From Klebsormidium nitens (lineage: Eukaryota; Plantae; Klebsormidiophyceae), in assembly GCA_000708835.1 (NCBI GenBank), contig DF236980.1:163999-227998 (forward strand): a DNA stretch of 64,000 nucleotides, written 5' to 3'. The number at the start of each line of letters is the position of its first letter. Position 1 is the stretch's first letter. The translations under genes and the position numbers were made by a program. The notes below the pieces were generated by a model. It was not told where the DNA came from. It worked only from the letters and a program-made list of their open reading frames with translations, and made no database searches. Shown here in pieces: positions 1-14,074 of the stretch.

Positions 1-1456
1 CCGTCCGATCGAAAGAGTCTCGCCGATCGAACGGTAATTTTGAATTTTGCGATTATCGATAATAATCAAGTACGGCGACCTTGACGGGTTTTACCCCGCT
101 GTTAAAGGGTTAAATGTAACTTCATTCGAAGGTAATCTGTGCCCGGCCGGCAGGCCCCACGACTGCGTAGGGCCTTCAACACGACGGCTCCGCAGGTGAA
201 ACCTCAATTAAGGGTGCGGAAATTGGAACCCTATAGGCCGCCAGGACACGACCCCCAAATTGAGGGGCGTGGAACATTGGCCTGGCGGCCAATGTGACAA
301 TGTCCTCCGCGGGCGATAAGCGAACGACTAGCGTCTCCCAGCTGGCCATAAGGCAGTCAGTTAGCAGTGCCTGTAAGCACTCCGCTTTAAATCGAAATTC
401 CAGATTTTCGAATGCCATGAGATTGACGTGCTGACAAAGCTTACCCTGCATATTAGCTAGCATTTACTTGATAGCTCCGTGGCACATCCCTTCATTCCAA
501 TTATAAGCGGCCGCTACTCGTTATAAGAGCTAAGAAGGCCAAGGTTTACCTAATAGTTGGACGTAATATTGCGGATAATTTCTTAAAAGGGTATGACAGT
601 GAAACAACTAGGTACGGTAACTTCAATATATTTTCCGCTAGATCTGCTGGTGGAGTGTGAGCCTGCCGAAGTTCAACAACTTCGAAGCAACTGCAGCTGT
701 CGACGCGGCGGTTGCACGGAAAGTTTTAATACATGCGGGCCGTTCGATTCGGATATTTGTATCTGACGCCTGCAGACAGAGGTTTTCGTCGCGCGCAGCG
801 CCAGATTACTCAACGCACCCTCGGTTTGCTAGTACTAGCCCAGTCCTATTGTAGTGCTAGCGCGCAAAGTGACGACCACTCACGTGACTTTGCGTCAGGC
901 GTTTCTGCCGTCTCTGCAATTTGTACCGTCCGATCCCCTGCAATGCAATCCTGAACGTCGCAACTATTTTCCTTCGACTGCGAGAATGATTCTCAGCGAT
1001 TTAAGTCGTATACGGACCGCAGCGACAATTTCCTTAAAGAAGATATTTGATGCTCTAGAATGATGATGCTTTCGAAGTACACGGCATATGTGATGTGTAG
1101 CGGATTGATTTACAACGCATACATGTGCCAAGTTCGTTTGACTGACAATCTCATTTGATGTGGAGATGCGATCACATTAAAGTGGTCATGCGACTCACCC
1201 TGTTAGTTTGGATGCGATGCCAAACATGTAACTTACAAAAGCTCCGTTCTGTTGTATTCATGTGCTCTTCTCACCAATCGAGCTTGTCTTTGTGTTTGAC
1301 CATGATACACCGAACAAAGCTTGTTATCCACGAGGGTCTTCCCATTTGCAAGTGGTGCACTCATTCGTCAAGGACGTTTTGATGGCATGCCAGATGAGTA
1401 TTCGTAAGAATGTCTGGACAGTGGCTTCGAAAGTAGAAGCAAGTAAATCTCTCGAA

Positions 1457-4128
1457 CTATTCCGGAAGCCGCAACTTTTCACCAGCTTGCCAACTACAAG
1501 AGAGAAAGCCGTGTCAGTACACTTGCTGCATATCAGGACCAACAACCCCTTTCACGGGATTGGTGACATTCCCCTCGAACTGTGGAGAAGCTCGTCAACT
1601 TTTGCTGATAACGCTCGATTGAATTGGATCACAACAGCTTCACGCATGAAGGCCAAGACACGAAGAACAACCTTTCTATAAAACTCACCTTTTCAAGTAG
1701 TAATAGAAGAAGTCCGCATACAGACCCGTTTGAACCAGTCCCGCTGCCCATACTGCTCGAGCCAACAAGAGAGAGACAAATGAGAGTCGTAGCACAATTT
1801 TGCAAGTTTCCCGGATTGAACGAAGAAGCTCGCAAGTGAACACGACCACAGGTTTACACGATCCCATACGCCTCAAGGCTACAGAGTTGAACAACCAGTG
1901 TTCCTACAATAGGCGTCAGTGCACCAAAGGTTTTGGAAAACGAGCAGTTGTTTGCTTCACGATATGGACGGAAGGACTTTTGTCGACTGTAGTTCCAGAC
2001 CCTTCCGTAAGCTTCAAAGAGCACTTGTTACAAGACGAAAGCATGGATAACCCCCAAGAGAGTGAAGGACACAGACTGCCATCATGAAGCGAATTTACAT
2101 CATGGTGCTGCAAAGGAGAGCATAAAAGGACTTACCTAGATATTGCCGATACTTGGGCTCCGTCCAGTACCGATAGATCCAGTTCAGAATGTACAGAGCC
2201 CGGTATGCACTGCCAGGAGCCAAGCACGGGTCAACTGAAAGCCATCAAGACAAGAGCTTCGAATCGCAAAATGATTCATGGAAGAAGTTGGTTCCCAACC
2301 CAGGAAGACTTGAATGCCTTGTCTCCCTGTTGAGAATTGCAGCTACAATAAACAGGAAGGCTCAGGACCATATCTTGCACCATACATGGTATTGGATGGC
2401 AGGAGAACAGCAGAAAAGCAGTGTGATGCACAAGACGGCTTACCCAAGGAAGAAGATGTACTGGCCTGTCAGGTTGTCCACGTTCTTCGTCCTTTGCAGG
2501 AGCACCAACTGAGGGAGAATCGCCACAGCTTCCAGGTAAATGGAGAAAGTCCAGAGAACCTGGGTGACAGTAAGGGCTTTAGAATAAGGGAATCTTCTTT
2601 GCTCCTCGTACTCAAGTGCAGGAATGAAGAGTACCAAAGGAATGAAGAGCACCGACAAGTCCTGTATGGGAAGCCTTTGAGCTGGTTTCAATGCCCTGTT
2701 TGCGACTGTTGAGTACTCCAAGCAAGTGCACCAGGTTGCATTCAGGAGATATAAGCTCCTTCCCCGCCACGTTGGCGATGAGTCTGTTCAATGATGTAGA
2801 AGGCCAGAATTATCAGGCTGGGGACACTGAAAGCTTGCAAGGACCGACTCAGACTGCGATGGATCTTCCGGCACCCTGGGGTCGAGGGATGGCGGTCCTC
2901 ACCTCAGTGACCGACAGCTCGTTGTTCACAATCAGCGCAAGTACTGCACAAGGGACGACGAGAATGTAGTGCCGGAAGGTGTCCTGCTCCCTGTCGTAGG
3001 TCTGCTTGACTTGCTTGTGGTACCGCATGTACCAGAGGATGCCAAACGAGCTCGCCAGAAAGATGAGTTTCATCACAGTGTTGTACAGGGACACATAGCT
3101 GTAGAAGAGGTCGAGGTAGCGGGTGACAAAGACTAAGGTGTACAGCTCCTGCGTTTTCATGGACAGACCTGGAACACGAGAAGAGGCAGATCGTCACCTC
3201 GCTTTGTGTTGTACATAAATGTAGAAACACAGCCGCAGGGCATAAGAGCAGACTCAGACTTTTGACTCTAACGTGTAAGTTTTGAACTCCACTTGTCAGA
3301 AGGTGGGGAACACATCCCTCCAGGTCCTTCAGGCACCAATTTCCAACTTGACCGGCCTTTCGTGAAAAATAGGAGTGTCCCACCTACAACATCAATCAGC
3401 AGGGAATGGCTGCCACATCTTGAAATGAAACAAATACAACAGCCCTGAAGAGTTCAGATAACCCCAAGAGCTCCTGTTCCGAAAGAAGGAATGGAGGAGG
3501 AAGCAAGCCTTCCTTAGGGGCCAAATTAGGGTTTGGGAAAAAGAGTTGCTGTAGAAGTTGAAATAGTCAGAGCAACGGACCGCCAACTGTGCATCAGGGA
3601 AGGTGTCTTCAAACTTCGTCGGTTTTCAGCAAGATCAGAAATTGGACCTGATCAGCAAAGTAGAGAGTATCAGATTCAAACACAATGCAAAACTTTACGA
3701 AGCAGACGGGAGCGGCAATCACACACAATCCCTCCATCGTCTCGCTTAAATGCCGCACTTGACACAACATGCTCTCGTTGAAGCATATGCAAGCAGCAGC
3801 CCTAAGACAAAACTTTGGCCAGGGCATCCTTGCAAAACGAATCAGAACTCCAGATGTGGAACCTTGTTTTCCTTAAGACTTAAGTGGCAAAAGGGTATCG
3901 AAGTTTGATGCTGGTTGCCAGCTCATTTTCCTCAAGGTACGTGGCAGACTGTCGATTTGACCTGCTTGATTGGGAGAAATGCACTGTCTTTGCAGACGCT
4001 GGTCGGTATCACGGTGTAGAAACCAATCATATCTTACCAGCACACGATTTGCTGGTGTAGATCTTCAGCAAGATCAGTACAATGCTGAAGAGATGACTCA
4101 TGTCACCCGCTAACCGAAAGAGATTCAT
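1457..4128 (-). CDS. ERD2: ER lumen protein-retaining (HDEL/KDEL) receptor, 215 aa, 6 exons
   Basis: Exons 4128-4038, 3168-2903, 2559-2444, 2209-2136, 1752-1689 and 1493-1457 are all GT-AG and phase-consistent (648 nt). Translation MNLFRLAGDMSHLFSIVLILLKIY...SMKTQELYTLVFVTRYLDLF...LWTFSIYLEAVAILPQLVLLQR...YRALYILNWIYRY...GLVQTGLYADFFYYYLKSW has the hallmark ERD2 motifs. Confidence 0.97.
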
Positions 4129-5202
4129 CGTGTCTGCTTTCTGCCCTACGACTTCTCAGCAGGTTTTAAAAGGCGGGGTATGCCTTTGATCTTCTTTCAT
4201 GCGCTTAATTAGCGGCACCCCTACGTTACGAGCGCCCGGGCATCCGCCCTGCCTAGATTGCGCCCCAATCTGACACGTTGACAGGCTTAAGTTGCAAGCC
4301 ACCCTAGCGCCCTCATCCGCAAATGCTTGCTTTGGAATGGTGCACTGCGCTTCAATGAGCAAATGCACCACTTCGATCCGGAGGTCGGAAGCAAGTCATG
4401 TAGTTCTAAAATTGACACTGATGAAGCACTTTGTTCCTGAGCGGTGATCTGGTGTCAAGTAGGTTCGGAAGATTAAACATACTCCGGAGGAGCGCACGCG
4501 CGCACTTGTACACGTTTGTAACATGGCGCCGTGACTTTCTGGGGGGCAACAGACGCGCGGCAAAGTCGACCCCGGTGGTGATCAAAATGATGGTCACTTC
4601 GTATTAATGAACGCGTGCACACCCGGTGGATAGCGCATAAAACATGGCACATGTGGGAATGTTCAATGTTCGGAATCGTAAGTTGCATCAAAATGATGCA
4701 ACAGGATGTTCATTGTTATGTACAGGAACCCCCGGCCTAGCGCTGTAGGTACAGTAGTATCCTGAAGGTGGCGCTGTAATAGATTGGTGGTTGGCCTTCC
4801 TGTTCAAATTCAAAGGGTTTATTCTTTAGGTAGTGCAGAGCGGTACTGGGAGGAGGTGAAGGGTTTCTGCTTTGGCAGGCCGTCTTCTCCCAGCCTTCTT
4901 TTTGCAGTGGAAAGCCTCCTGGCAATGCGCACAATGTCAAATTGTACCTGGAGGGCAGCAAGAGCAAATGGTGGTGCTTGTGTTCTCAAATGAGGGCAGC
5001 CCTCTGAGTTGCAGACTTTGCAACTCGTGAGCCTCAGCTGTATCAGTCAGCAAGACAGTTTAGCTGCCTGCGAGCTGGAAGGAACCGTCAAGGGGCCCTC
5101 TACAATGTAATCAGGGATTTACTTTAACCACATACTGTATCTTGTCCACAGCAGTCCTGTCGTTGGGACTGCTCAAGAAAGTTTGATTAGAGAGGTCTCA
5201 AC
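4129..5202. promoter_or_regulatory. Divergent (head-to-head) region between ERD2 and NAA35, with a probable NAA35 5'UTR intron at 4678-5151/5154
   Basis: The start codons at 4128 (-) and 5203 (+) face away from each other. A strong donor C|GTAAGT lies at 4678 and a tandem acceptor CACAGCAG ends at 5154, just upstream of the NAA35 ATG. Confidence 0.55.
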
Positions 5203-8200
5203 ATGAGTGACAGAACAGTAGCTATGGACAAAACGGTCTGGGCAGACTGCCAGGGACTTCTGGCGGAAGCGTGCTCTGGTGAGGCTCCTCTGGGTAGTCA
5301 GCCTTTGGCACACCACATTTTCGATTCTGGATCTTTTCGACATGAGAGCGGCATGATTTGATATTCCTCGAGCACTGCCTGACTGATCTACCACTCTTGC
5401 AATCAAGCGCACTGATTTTGGCGATGGTGGTGGTGGCTTCTTGACCTGCTTTGATTGCAAAAATGATTGGAACGCTGATCCTGAATGCTTCTCTGTTGCT
5501 GAAACAACTGTACCTTGTCGTGCTGACATCAGCTATCTGTGCAGCCTTGGAGCCCGGCGAGCTCATTCATGGGGAGAACTTCAGCCTCTTCGAGGCAATG
5601 GCTGCGATTGAGGTAAGCTGCAAGATCAGGGAGCTCAGGGCTGCGTGTCTTGCTACTGCGTTCAACGAACTGAAACTCACTACTTCAGCACTCACGCAAC
5701 AGTCACAGCGCTTGGTGGTCTTCACTGACATTTTCTGCTGAGTCCCCTTCTCTGAACCGCCACTGGCATGGTCAAACCTGATAAGAACAGACCCTGCAAT
5801 TCAGGTCTGTGAGTGGTTTTCATTCTCGTCAACTACGCCCCAGCGCTTCCTTCTTCATGACCACCCCATTGACAACCTGTATATCCTGTTGTTGCTTGAT
5901 GTTCCTACAGATCATGGACCCTAAGATGGATGCCGGGATGAGCACCGAGGGGTTCAAAAGCGCGCAGGAGGCGATTGAGGGGGGTTCCGCACCGTTGGAT
6001 CTAACTGTCCCCCAGCTCCTAGATGTAATGGATCAACTACTAGCGTATGAGGTGAGCAGCAGACAGTTCCGGACTGCACAAAACTTCTGAAACGAACTTG
6101 GATTGGGAGGGAACTGCGTTTACATGATGCTTCTATACTTCTGTAGCTTCGTTGAAATGAAATTTCTGTTGGCAACCCGCAAGCGGGAACGCGCTCTTGC
6201 TCAGACTGGTGATCCAGACGAACAGAAGTTGAAAAGAGATGCCGCTTCGAATCGTCTGGACGCCTTGTCGATTCTGGACGTCCACAGCTCAGGCAAGCAG
6301 GCAAGCGAACACAGTCCGGCCCCAAGTGAGTTTCACATCGTTAAAGACGACTTTTATCGGTGCTTAACTCTGGATGTCGAACTTGACGATGTCAATTTTC
6401 ACCCCCTCTGAGATCTGAGCCCCTTCAAACATCCTACGTATCTCAAAAGCCTACTCCCTTTCGGTTTGAAAAGCCTCACTTTTTTCTGGACGATTGCAGG
6501 CGACCTGGCAGAGTGGACACACCCTTGCTCAGACGGTGTATTCCTGCCTGTACCTCCACATTCCTGAGAGAACGGCTTCGAACCCTCTCCTCCATGCATA
6601 CTGCAAGGTGGTCAGGAGCACGTGCAACCTGGTTCGGACGCTGGTCATGGTTGCGGATATCCATGAGGTGAGAATGTCAATTTATTCGGCACCTTGTAAA
6701 AGGATTGAGTCATGTTGGTAGTTTGATATGATTCCTGTTGGGACTGTGTGCATTAACGGTTCTGTCGGCTCAATAGGCTCGTTCTTGAGAAACCTTCTGT
6801 GGTCGTTTCAAGATCTGCTGGTACCCGGCCAACATTCTTCCGTTGGTTAGCTGGTGTTACGATCCCTTCGCTCGTCGGAGCCGGTTTTCTGACGGTCAGA
6901 CGGTCGGGAAGACTTGCCTTGGTGGTTGCAAGCTATATACGACTGGAACGACAATGAGGCTATCAAGAAAACCGATAAATCTTTTTGTCGCGGGAGGCTG
7001 GAGCAAGACATCCGACATCTTTCGACCCCATTGTTTCTTTGGTTGGTCGGCTTGCAGCCTGGTTCAATATATTCTCAGGTCCCAGCACGATGTCTTAGAG
7101 AGGACGATTCGGGGTCACCTTTGTATTTTCTTTGAGAAACTGTGCTACGATGGATCGAACTCGGTGTACGTAACCCGGATAATAAAGGCTGGAGGCCTGA
7201 GCTGTTCCCGGTCGACTCAAAGGCTTATATCACCACGCAGCTTCTCAGACCTTGACACTGATTGGAAATTCCTCTTCAGGAGAACGAGGACTTTATCGGG
7301 GCGACGTTCGGCTTCCCCCTGGAGCTAGAAGAGGACGGCCGCTGCATGACGCTGCTAGCCGCAGTTGAGGAGACCCTTGCCAAGCAGCTGAAAGCGGCAA
7401 GAGCAGGCGCGGCTGGGGCGTCGCCGGAAGGCAAGTGAACATGTTGGATCAGATTGGATCTCGGTTGGGCTATCTCTTCGCTTTGAAAAAGTTGGTCTGA
7501 CTTTTGCTGTGTTTCCAGTCTGGCTGTCTCGGCCTCGCTCCTCTGAGATGAAAAGTGATGGTCAGAGTCGTGCGCAGCGTCTTGCGAGGAAGAGTAGTGG
7601 TCTATGACTTGACCACAGAAACTCCGATCTCTTTGAAGTAGAGACTGAGTGTTGAAAAGCTTGTTGCGCATATTGGACGGGACTGTCGACTCGACGAGAG
7701 TGGCCAATCTACTTCTCGAGGAGGTTTCCACCCCGTATTCCTTTCACGCGGCTAAAGTATCCAGATTTGTGGAGCGAGACACCTCCTTTTTAGGAGTCAG
7801 TTACTCTTCGGTCTTCTGTTCCGTACATACTCACGGGATCCCTACTCTTGCAGCTCCGGCCCCCCTCCAAGCCGACCCCCTGCTGGAAGAACCGTTCTGC
7901 GCGGCGCTGCTCGCGCGCCTCCGCTTCCGGCGCGCCCTGCACCAGGCGCTGACGCACCTCGACAAGGGGCCGACGCACGAGAAGGGCACGCTCGGCGCGC
8001 AGCAGGCGATCGCGACGGCCGCCAAGGAGCTCGCGATCATCCGCATCTCGAGCCCGCAGCTGGCGCGGGCATTGGAACGGGTGACGTCAGCGGGCACGGC
8101 CGGAGGGGGGGTCCCACAGGAAGCGCCTCGAGCGGTGACGTCAGAGGGAGCGTCTGACACGGGGACGTCAGCGGCCGGATCAGGGACGTCAGCGGAAGCG

Positions 8201-11200
8201 TCTGGAAAGGGGTCCTTCGCTGGTTCAAAAGAAGGGGCGACACCAGCACGAAGTTCTCGGGGTGCAGAAGGGGCGGGTAAGTCCAGGGAACGGAAAGCGA
8301 CTGGGAAGGAGAGAACACCCAAAGGACCGCGCAAATCGGTCGAGGGAGCGCCCGTTTCATCGGAGACGGGAGCCGGTGTCTCTGGAAGAGGCACGAAGCA
8401 ACCGGAGGCTGCAAGCGCCGATAAGTACGTGCCAAGCGGGAGTGTCCGAAGTCAGGAAAGCACAAGAAGGGGTGATCGAACCACCGGGGGAATGGCCGAC
8501 ACCCGAGAGGAAAGTGGGAGTTTAGAAGGAAGGCGAGGGGCCGAGACGCCGGCCCAGCCAAGCGACGCTTTCTCGGATGAAGCCCCTGGGGGGCGGGAAT
8601 GGGGCAACGGTGCGGATGCGCTAGCCGCCAGTCTGCAAGCGAGCGTGCTTTCAGAAAGCGAGCACGACAGAGAAAGTGGTCCCAGCAGCAGCGGACGCGT
8701 TTCTTCTGGAGCTACGTACGCTGCGCCAAGCGACACCCCGCACAGCCGGGATCGGATGCCGTGCACGATCCACCTTCGGGAGGGGGGGTCGACGTCCGCG
8801 CCACTTCCCAGCCCCTCCGAGGCGGCGGGAATTATTGCTGGACAGCCGCCTATTCACACCAGGGACCTTCGTGAGGGGGTCACGGGAACGGCAGAGGCAT
8901 CCACGGCTTCGGGGCGTGCGGCGATCGGGTTCGACGAGAGTGTGAATAGGCGGCTTCTGGGGTCGACGCCGCCACGGTCGATGAAGATGCTGACGTGGGC
9001 TGAGGTCAGCGGGTTCTGGCTCATTTTGATAACATCACAAAGGGTGGCAGGGTGGTAGTTGAAGATTGCCCCTGCTTTGACAGGCGACTCTCAGGTGCTC
9101 CTACCCTCGTTCCTTCGCCCTTGAAATCTGGCCACTCGACTGTGTTCTCTAGAGTCTTCCTTTCTCAATTCGATTCGCCTTGCCACGTGCGTGCATCTGA
9201 TAGACCGACAGCCTCTTAGCGGTCTGCTGCATCTTCGAAACTGTATCAACTCCGTCGTTGCATCACAGACTGCATATGCTGGACTTTTACGTTCTCGTTG
9301 TTTAAACGGGAAAGAACAGTTCCCAATTCTCAAGACGTTGTTACCCAGTACTTGAACCTACCAAAATTGAAGCTTCAAAACCCCTATTCCTGGTACCTGT
9401 GAGTAAGAAACAACATCTCCAGGCGCTTCAATCTCATAGCGACAATTGTATCTACATTTGTAGTTTAACGTGCTATCCTGTTTTGTTTGTTTTCATTTTG
9501 TGAAATCTACTAAACCCCCGAACCCTTCCTTCCTGCAGACGATGGACTACTACGACCGCCTCCTCCAAGACCTCGCCCAAATCACGCACGCGCCCTCCGC
9601 CCGCTCCCTCGCTGACGTCATCCAGTTCGTCGCTGACTTCAGCGACCGCCAGCCCCGCATTTTGGCTCGGTCACGCCTCTTCCTGCACTTGTTCCCGGAG
9701 GCGTTCCTCGTTTTGGGGCGAGACTCCCTCACGGAAATGGTGCTAGATGCGGTGAACTTGCCGCAAGGAGCGATCAGGAAAGACCCCGGGGTGCTCGCGT
9801 TTGCAGTGAAGGCGGCACGGGTGAGTATTGGCCCCAAAGCTGATCTTCAATTCTTAACTCCCTTCCTTCTTTGCAGGCAAACAAGACTTATCGAGGAACA
9901 CAGTTATTCGAGAGAGATTTCGATTCTCACCTACTTTACAAGCTCGGGGACTCTGGTTTCGATGATTCTTTTTGTCAAGCGGCCGTCCTGCATGCCGCTT
10001 GCCTTTGCTTAATAATCTACTAGAGTTACTGCGGCCGTAAAATGGGGCTTCTTTCGAAGCATACTAAACCTCTCCTATTCACCTCACAGCACCGGGCAGA
10101 TGTCAGACCCTTAGAAGCTAAAAAGCCCGAGCGAACCAGGGACGTGCCTAGTAGACACAATAGGAATATACCGCTACATTACCACCAATGGCTTATACGT
10201 TTTCAATCGATGTGCAGGCCGTGAAAGCGCTGCTGAAGCTCCTGTGCGTGAACAACAGCCGGCAGCGGCGGAAGCTGGCGCGCTGCCTGGCGGAATGGGA
10301 AGGAGTTCGACGAGAGGTGAGGCTGCAATTTTGTTATAGAAGCTGCCATACTTGAACCGGGACTTGTCCCGTATGTGATCAACAGGGTCTTTCTGTCTTG
10401 CTCAATGTAGCACCGATTTCTTAGCTTGACAAAAGTCGGAGACGCGGAAGCCGTATGGCTGGCTGGGCGTAAGGAATGGGAGAGGTGACGGCCAGTTTGC
10501 CCGCCATTCGCAGGGGGCGACACGCGGCTCCTCAGAATGTTTTGTCCTTTGCGAGCGATCCTTTCGACCTCTCCCGAGTCGTTCGAGCTTCTCGTCGGTG
10601 CTTGATTTACTCAACGTCTTGTGGTGTGAAGGCGTTTGGTATGTCGTTTAGTTGAGTTTTATCCCTTTTAATCTGGTAAGATGGAGTATCAAAGCGTTTG
10701 GCATAGATTTCGTTTCTCAGGAACGTATGCTTAATGCAGGCGGAAGCTCAGAGTCAGCACAACGAAGCTATACGGGCTTGGGTGGCACAAACGCTGGAGG
10801 CGGTAAGTATAAGCCCGTCACTACATCTTCTTAAAGATAAGCACGTAAGGATATGCCTGCAACGATTAGCGTGTAAGCAGCAAGCTACGCGCCGCTCTGG
10901 GGTCCTTTGGTATAGGAGCAAAGCACAATGTCGACGCGCGGGTTAGGACTGCTAATCCGACTGAGGATATGAGCGATACATCAAAGATCCTCAGCAGAAT
11001 CGAACCGGAGGTATAAGGAGCAGTCGCTCGACCTCGTATTGTGGGCCTGGCCCAGGTCGCTTAAGCTCCTGCTTAGAGGTTGTCTGTTGCTGCGCAAATC
11101 GTGACCCGTTCTTGAAAACTTCGCTTAGATATAAACGTAGAGTTTATTGGGCTTCTAAGCTTGTCAGGCTTACGACCCTGGTTGTGCTCCGTCGAGAGGT

Positions 11201-14074
11201 GAACTAGGTCGTGCATCAGATATCATGAAGATCCGGAAGGAGAATCTCCGCTTTGTACTACTCTGACCCACTCCTACAATTCAATATTGCAAAGGTTTCG
11301 CTAGCTGCAGAGCTCCCAGTTGTTGTGATTCAGTTTTCTCAACCCAAATATCGACTCTGTTGTGCAGCAAGGAGCGCTTGGCCCCGACCATCCTCCCGAC
11401 GCGTGGCTCGACAACGTCTTCACCTGCTGGACCGAGCAGCAGATCTGTCGAATCATGACGCGCCACCTGTCCCTCGGCTTCCCCCAGCAGCTCTACTCCC
11501 CAGGAGAGCTCCCGGTTATCTTCTGGTACCTCTCGCGTGTCTACGTTAACCACGCCGGGTTACTGCACACCCATGGGAACCACCTTTTGGCGATGCATAA
11601 GGTGCAAAATTTGGGTGGGGGCCGGAGAAAGTCGAGAGGGGGCGAGGGTACCGGGCGGTACGTACCGGGCGTGGACCAGTACCTGGTGACGGCGTACGGG
11701 AGGCTCGCGTGGGGGATGACGCAGGTGGGTGCAGCGGCGGTTTGCTTTTGGAAGCGTCGGTGTCGGGTCCGTTTGCGGCTTTCAGATGTCCAATTCAATC
11801 GTGCATTGCATTCGGGGCTGGACGTTTGGTTTTGAGTCCGGGAAGATGCGTGCTGAAGTGTGCAGATGCAGAGTCTCGACATTTGCTGATGTCAATTTTA
11901 TTGGTTAGCGTTATTTGAGACGCCCGCGAATTTTGATGCCGTGTTATCACTGCTAGGAGGCATCGAAATGCTCCGACTTAAGGTCATCGGCATTCTAAAA
12001 GCTTCTCAAACCCCGGTGGTTGTTGCCAAGCTGGGTCCGACGAAGGGTCCGACGAAGTTCCTTATAGAAGGGATGTGACACTGATTTCGCACCATTGGCA
12101 CGTTCGAAAGTGCGGGTCATTTCCGTCTCCAGAAGAGTGTATTCATTGGAACGATCTGAGAGAAGCTCAAAGGCAGGCAACGCTTCAGTGCGCTTAGTCG
12201 GAAGAAGGATCGAGGCCGAACCAAGCACTGACAACTGTGGCTTACGCGTTCAAACCCCTGAAATCATTGCTTGCTCACAGGCATTTGCGCTCTTGCAACG
12301 GTCAAACAAGCTGCCCCAACACGCATCACCTTTCAACAGCGGCTTCGAGGTGAGCGCGCTTTGTATCTGTTTCACATCTTCCGTCTCATTGACGCTCCTC
12401 AAAGCCCGGTAGAGGTGGTAGACCGTGATTGACTCTCTCTCTGAGTCTGCTGCAAAGCTGCGACGGGTAACTTTGACACAAGCAAGGAGGTCCAGAGTGC
12501 CGGACTCGGGGCAAAGTGCTGACAGAGTTGGACAGTGGCTCCGGAACAGGAGGCTGGGTCACGCGTATAGATTTGTCGGCTACTGAGAGAGGCACTTCTT
12601 TGGCATCTGCTGCTTAGTCCAGTCTTTGTGCGCCTGCCTCTTTGATAGGATTCAGCTCTCATATGAGCAATTCCGCAAACATGGCGACAAGCCTTTAAAA
12701 GCTCGGGCACAATTCTGAAATTTTGCACTCCACGCTTGTTCCGACAACGGGGGACCTTTTATTCTCACCTCTTCGCCGAAAAAGCTTGTAAAGGTCACAA
12801 CTTGGACTCCGTCTTTCTTCATACCCAGTGCACGACTTACCCAATGAATGGGCTGTGCACACCGACGCTAAGGTATACAGATCACATAAGGTATACAGAT
12901 CACAGACCTAGTCTTTCACGGATTTCCCCAGGTGTACCTTCAGCGCTTCGCCCCCTTCATAGCCGTCCAGCAGCCGGTTGCCATACCCTATGAGGAGTAC
13001 ACGGGCGAGCTGGAGTATATGCTATCCGCCCAGTATGACGTCCTTGGTGGGGCCCTCCGCGCGTTCGAGGACGCGCTCGAGATGACACGTGCCCTGTCCA
13101 CCGAGCTGGCCCGAATGGATCTACCACGTGTCAGCCAGGCGCGGCGCGCTGAGGAGTGCCGGCAGCTGGAGCAGGTAAAATTTTCAAGCATCGCAGTTTT
13201 TGTACAGACTGATTATTCTATTTTGTCATGAAATACAACTGTTTGTCGTTTGCTGACCGTTGACGAACGGCCACGTCACATCGTGATCCTTCTTGGCTGG
13301 CAGTTGGTGTCGTTTTGCTTCTCAGTCACGTGTTAACGTCGTCGGCTTTTTGACAATTTTGGTTCGGCATGTTCCGTCTGGGAGCACTGATTCTTCAAAA
13401 GGCACGTTGTTAATGAAAGAGAAGCGCGTCCGAGCGGAGTCGTCTGGGCTTGGGCGACTTTTACCTGACTTACAACAAAGATTTCCTGCTGCAAAACGTG
13501 TTCTTACTGACTTACATCGAAATAAACCTTGGCGTTCCCTGACTGTGTGAGCCGGCCCGAGCCTCCTGCCGGAGTGCAGCCTCTTCGTTGAAAAGAATAT
13601 GCCGTTATCGGTTTATCGCTGTCATGTCCTTTCCCCTTCTCGTGCACCTTCTCATGCGGAGAAAGGAAAAGTTCAAGAGACTCTAGGAGTCCCCTGAAGC
13701 TCCCAGATGCTTGCAGCAGGTGCAGCAGAACGTTGCAATAGCGCAGCGCAACGGTTTGAAAACGAAAGAATGATTCGAACGAGAAATCTCCTGTACGGAG
13801 GCGGTCGGTGCAGGTGGTAGAGCGCGTTGCAGGGGTTGCGCAACGTGGCAGCAGGTCGATACAAGTAACGGAATCGAAGGCGGAACCGGAACGGAATGCT
13901 AATTCGAGGGTGTCCGTTCGTGTGCAGGTTGTGCAGCGAAATGTTGTGGCCCTGAAGGTCCTAGCGCACGTGGGAGCCGCTTCCACGCACGCAGTAACCT
14001 GCGACTTCTCATATCACCAGTTTTTCCCGGTGTTGGTGGTCAAAAAGGTGACCGGAAAGACTTCCAAGAGTTAA
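5203..14074 (+). CDS. NAA35: N-terminal acetyltransferase C auxiliary subunit (NAA35/MAK10), ~1004 aa, 13 exons
   Basis: Exons 5203-5278, 5545-5612, 5911-6051, 6500-6667, 7280-7430 (GC donor), 7854-9004, 9539-9820, 10218-10316, 10740-10802, 11368-11724, 12281-12349, 12932-13174 and 13928-14074 total 3015 nt in frame. Motifs [67 protein letters not shown] and RQRRKLARCLAEW match the Mak10 family. Confidence 0.93.

Noticed and set aside
445-463. Possible first exon (ATGCTAGCTAATATGCAGG|GTAAGC) of a minus-strand gene running off the left edge
   Set aside because: Only 19 nt, with no recognisable downstream exon in the window, so it cannot be supported.
4649-4658. USE-like TCCCACATG (minus strand), suggesting an snRNA or telomerase RNA promoter
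   Set aside because: There is no TATA box at the expected spacing and no recognisable snRNA or template sequence downstream.
7831-8945. Long antisense and alternate-frame ORFs over NAA35 exon 6 (and likewise over FEN1, POT1, TRAPPC13 and bZIP exons)
   Set aside because: These are shadows of GC-rich coding exons.
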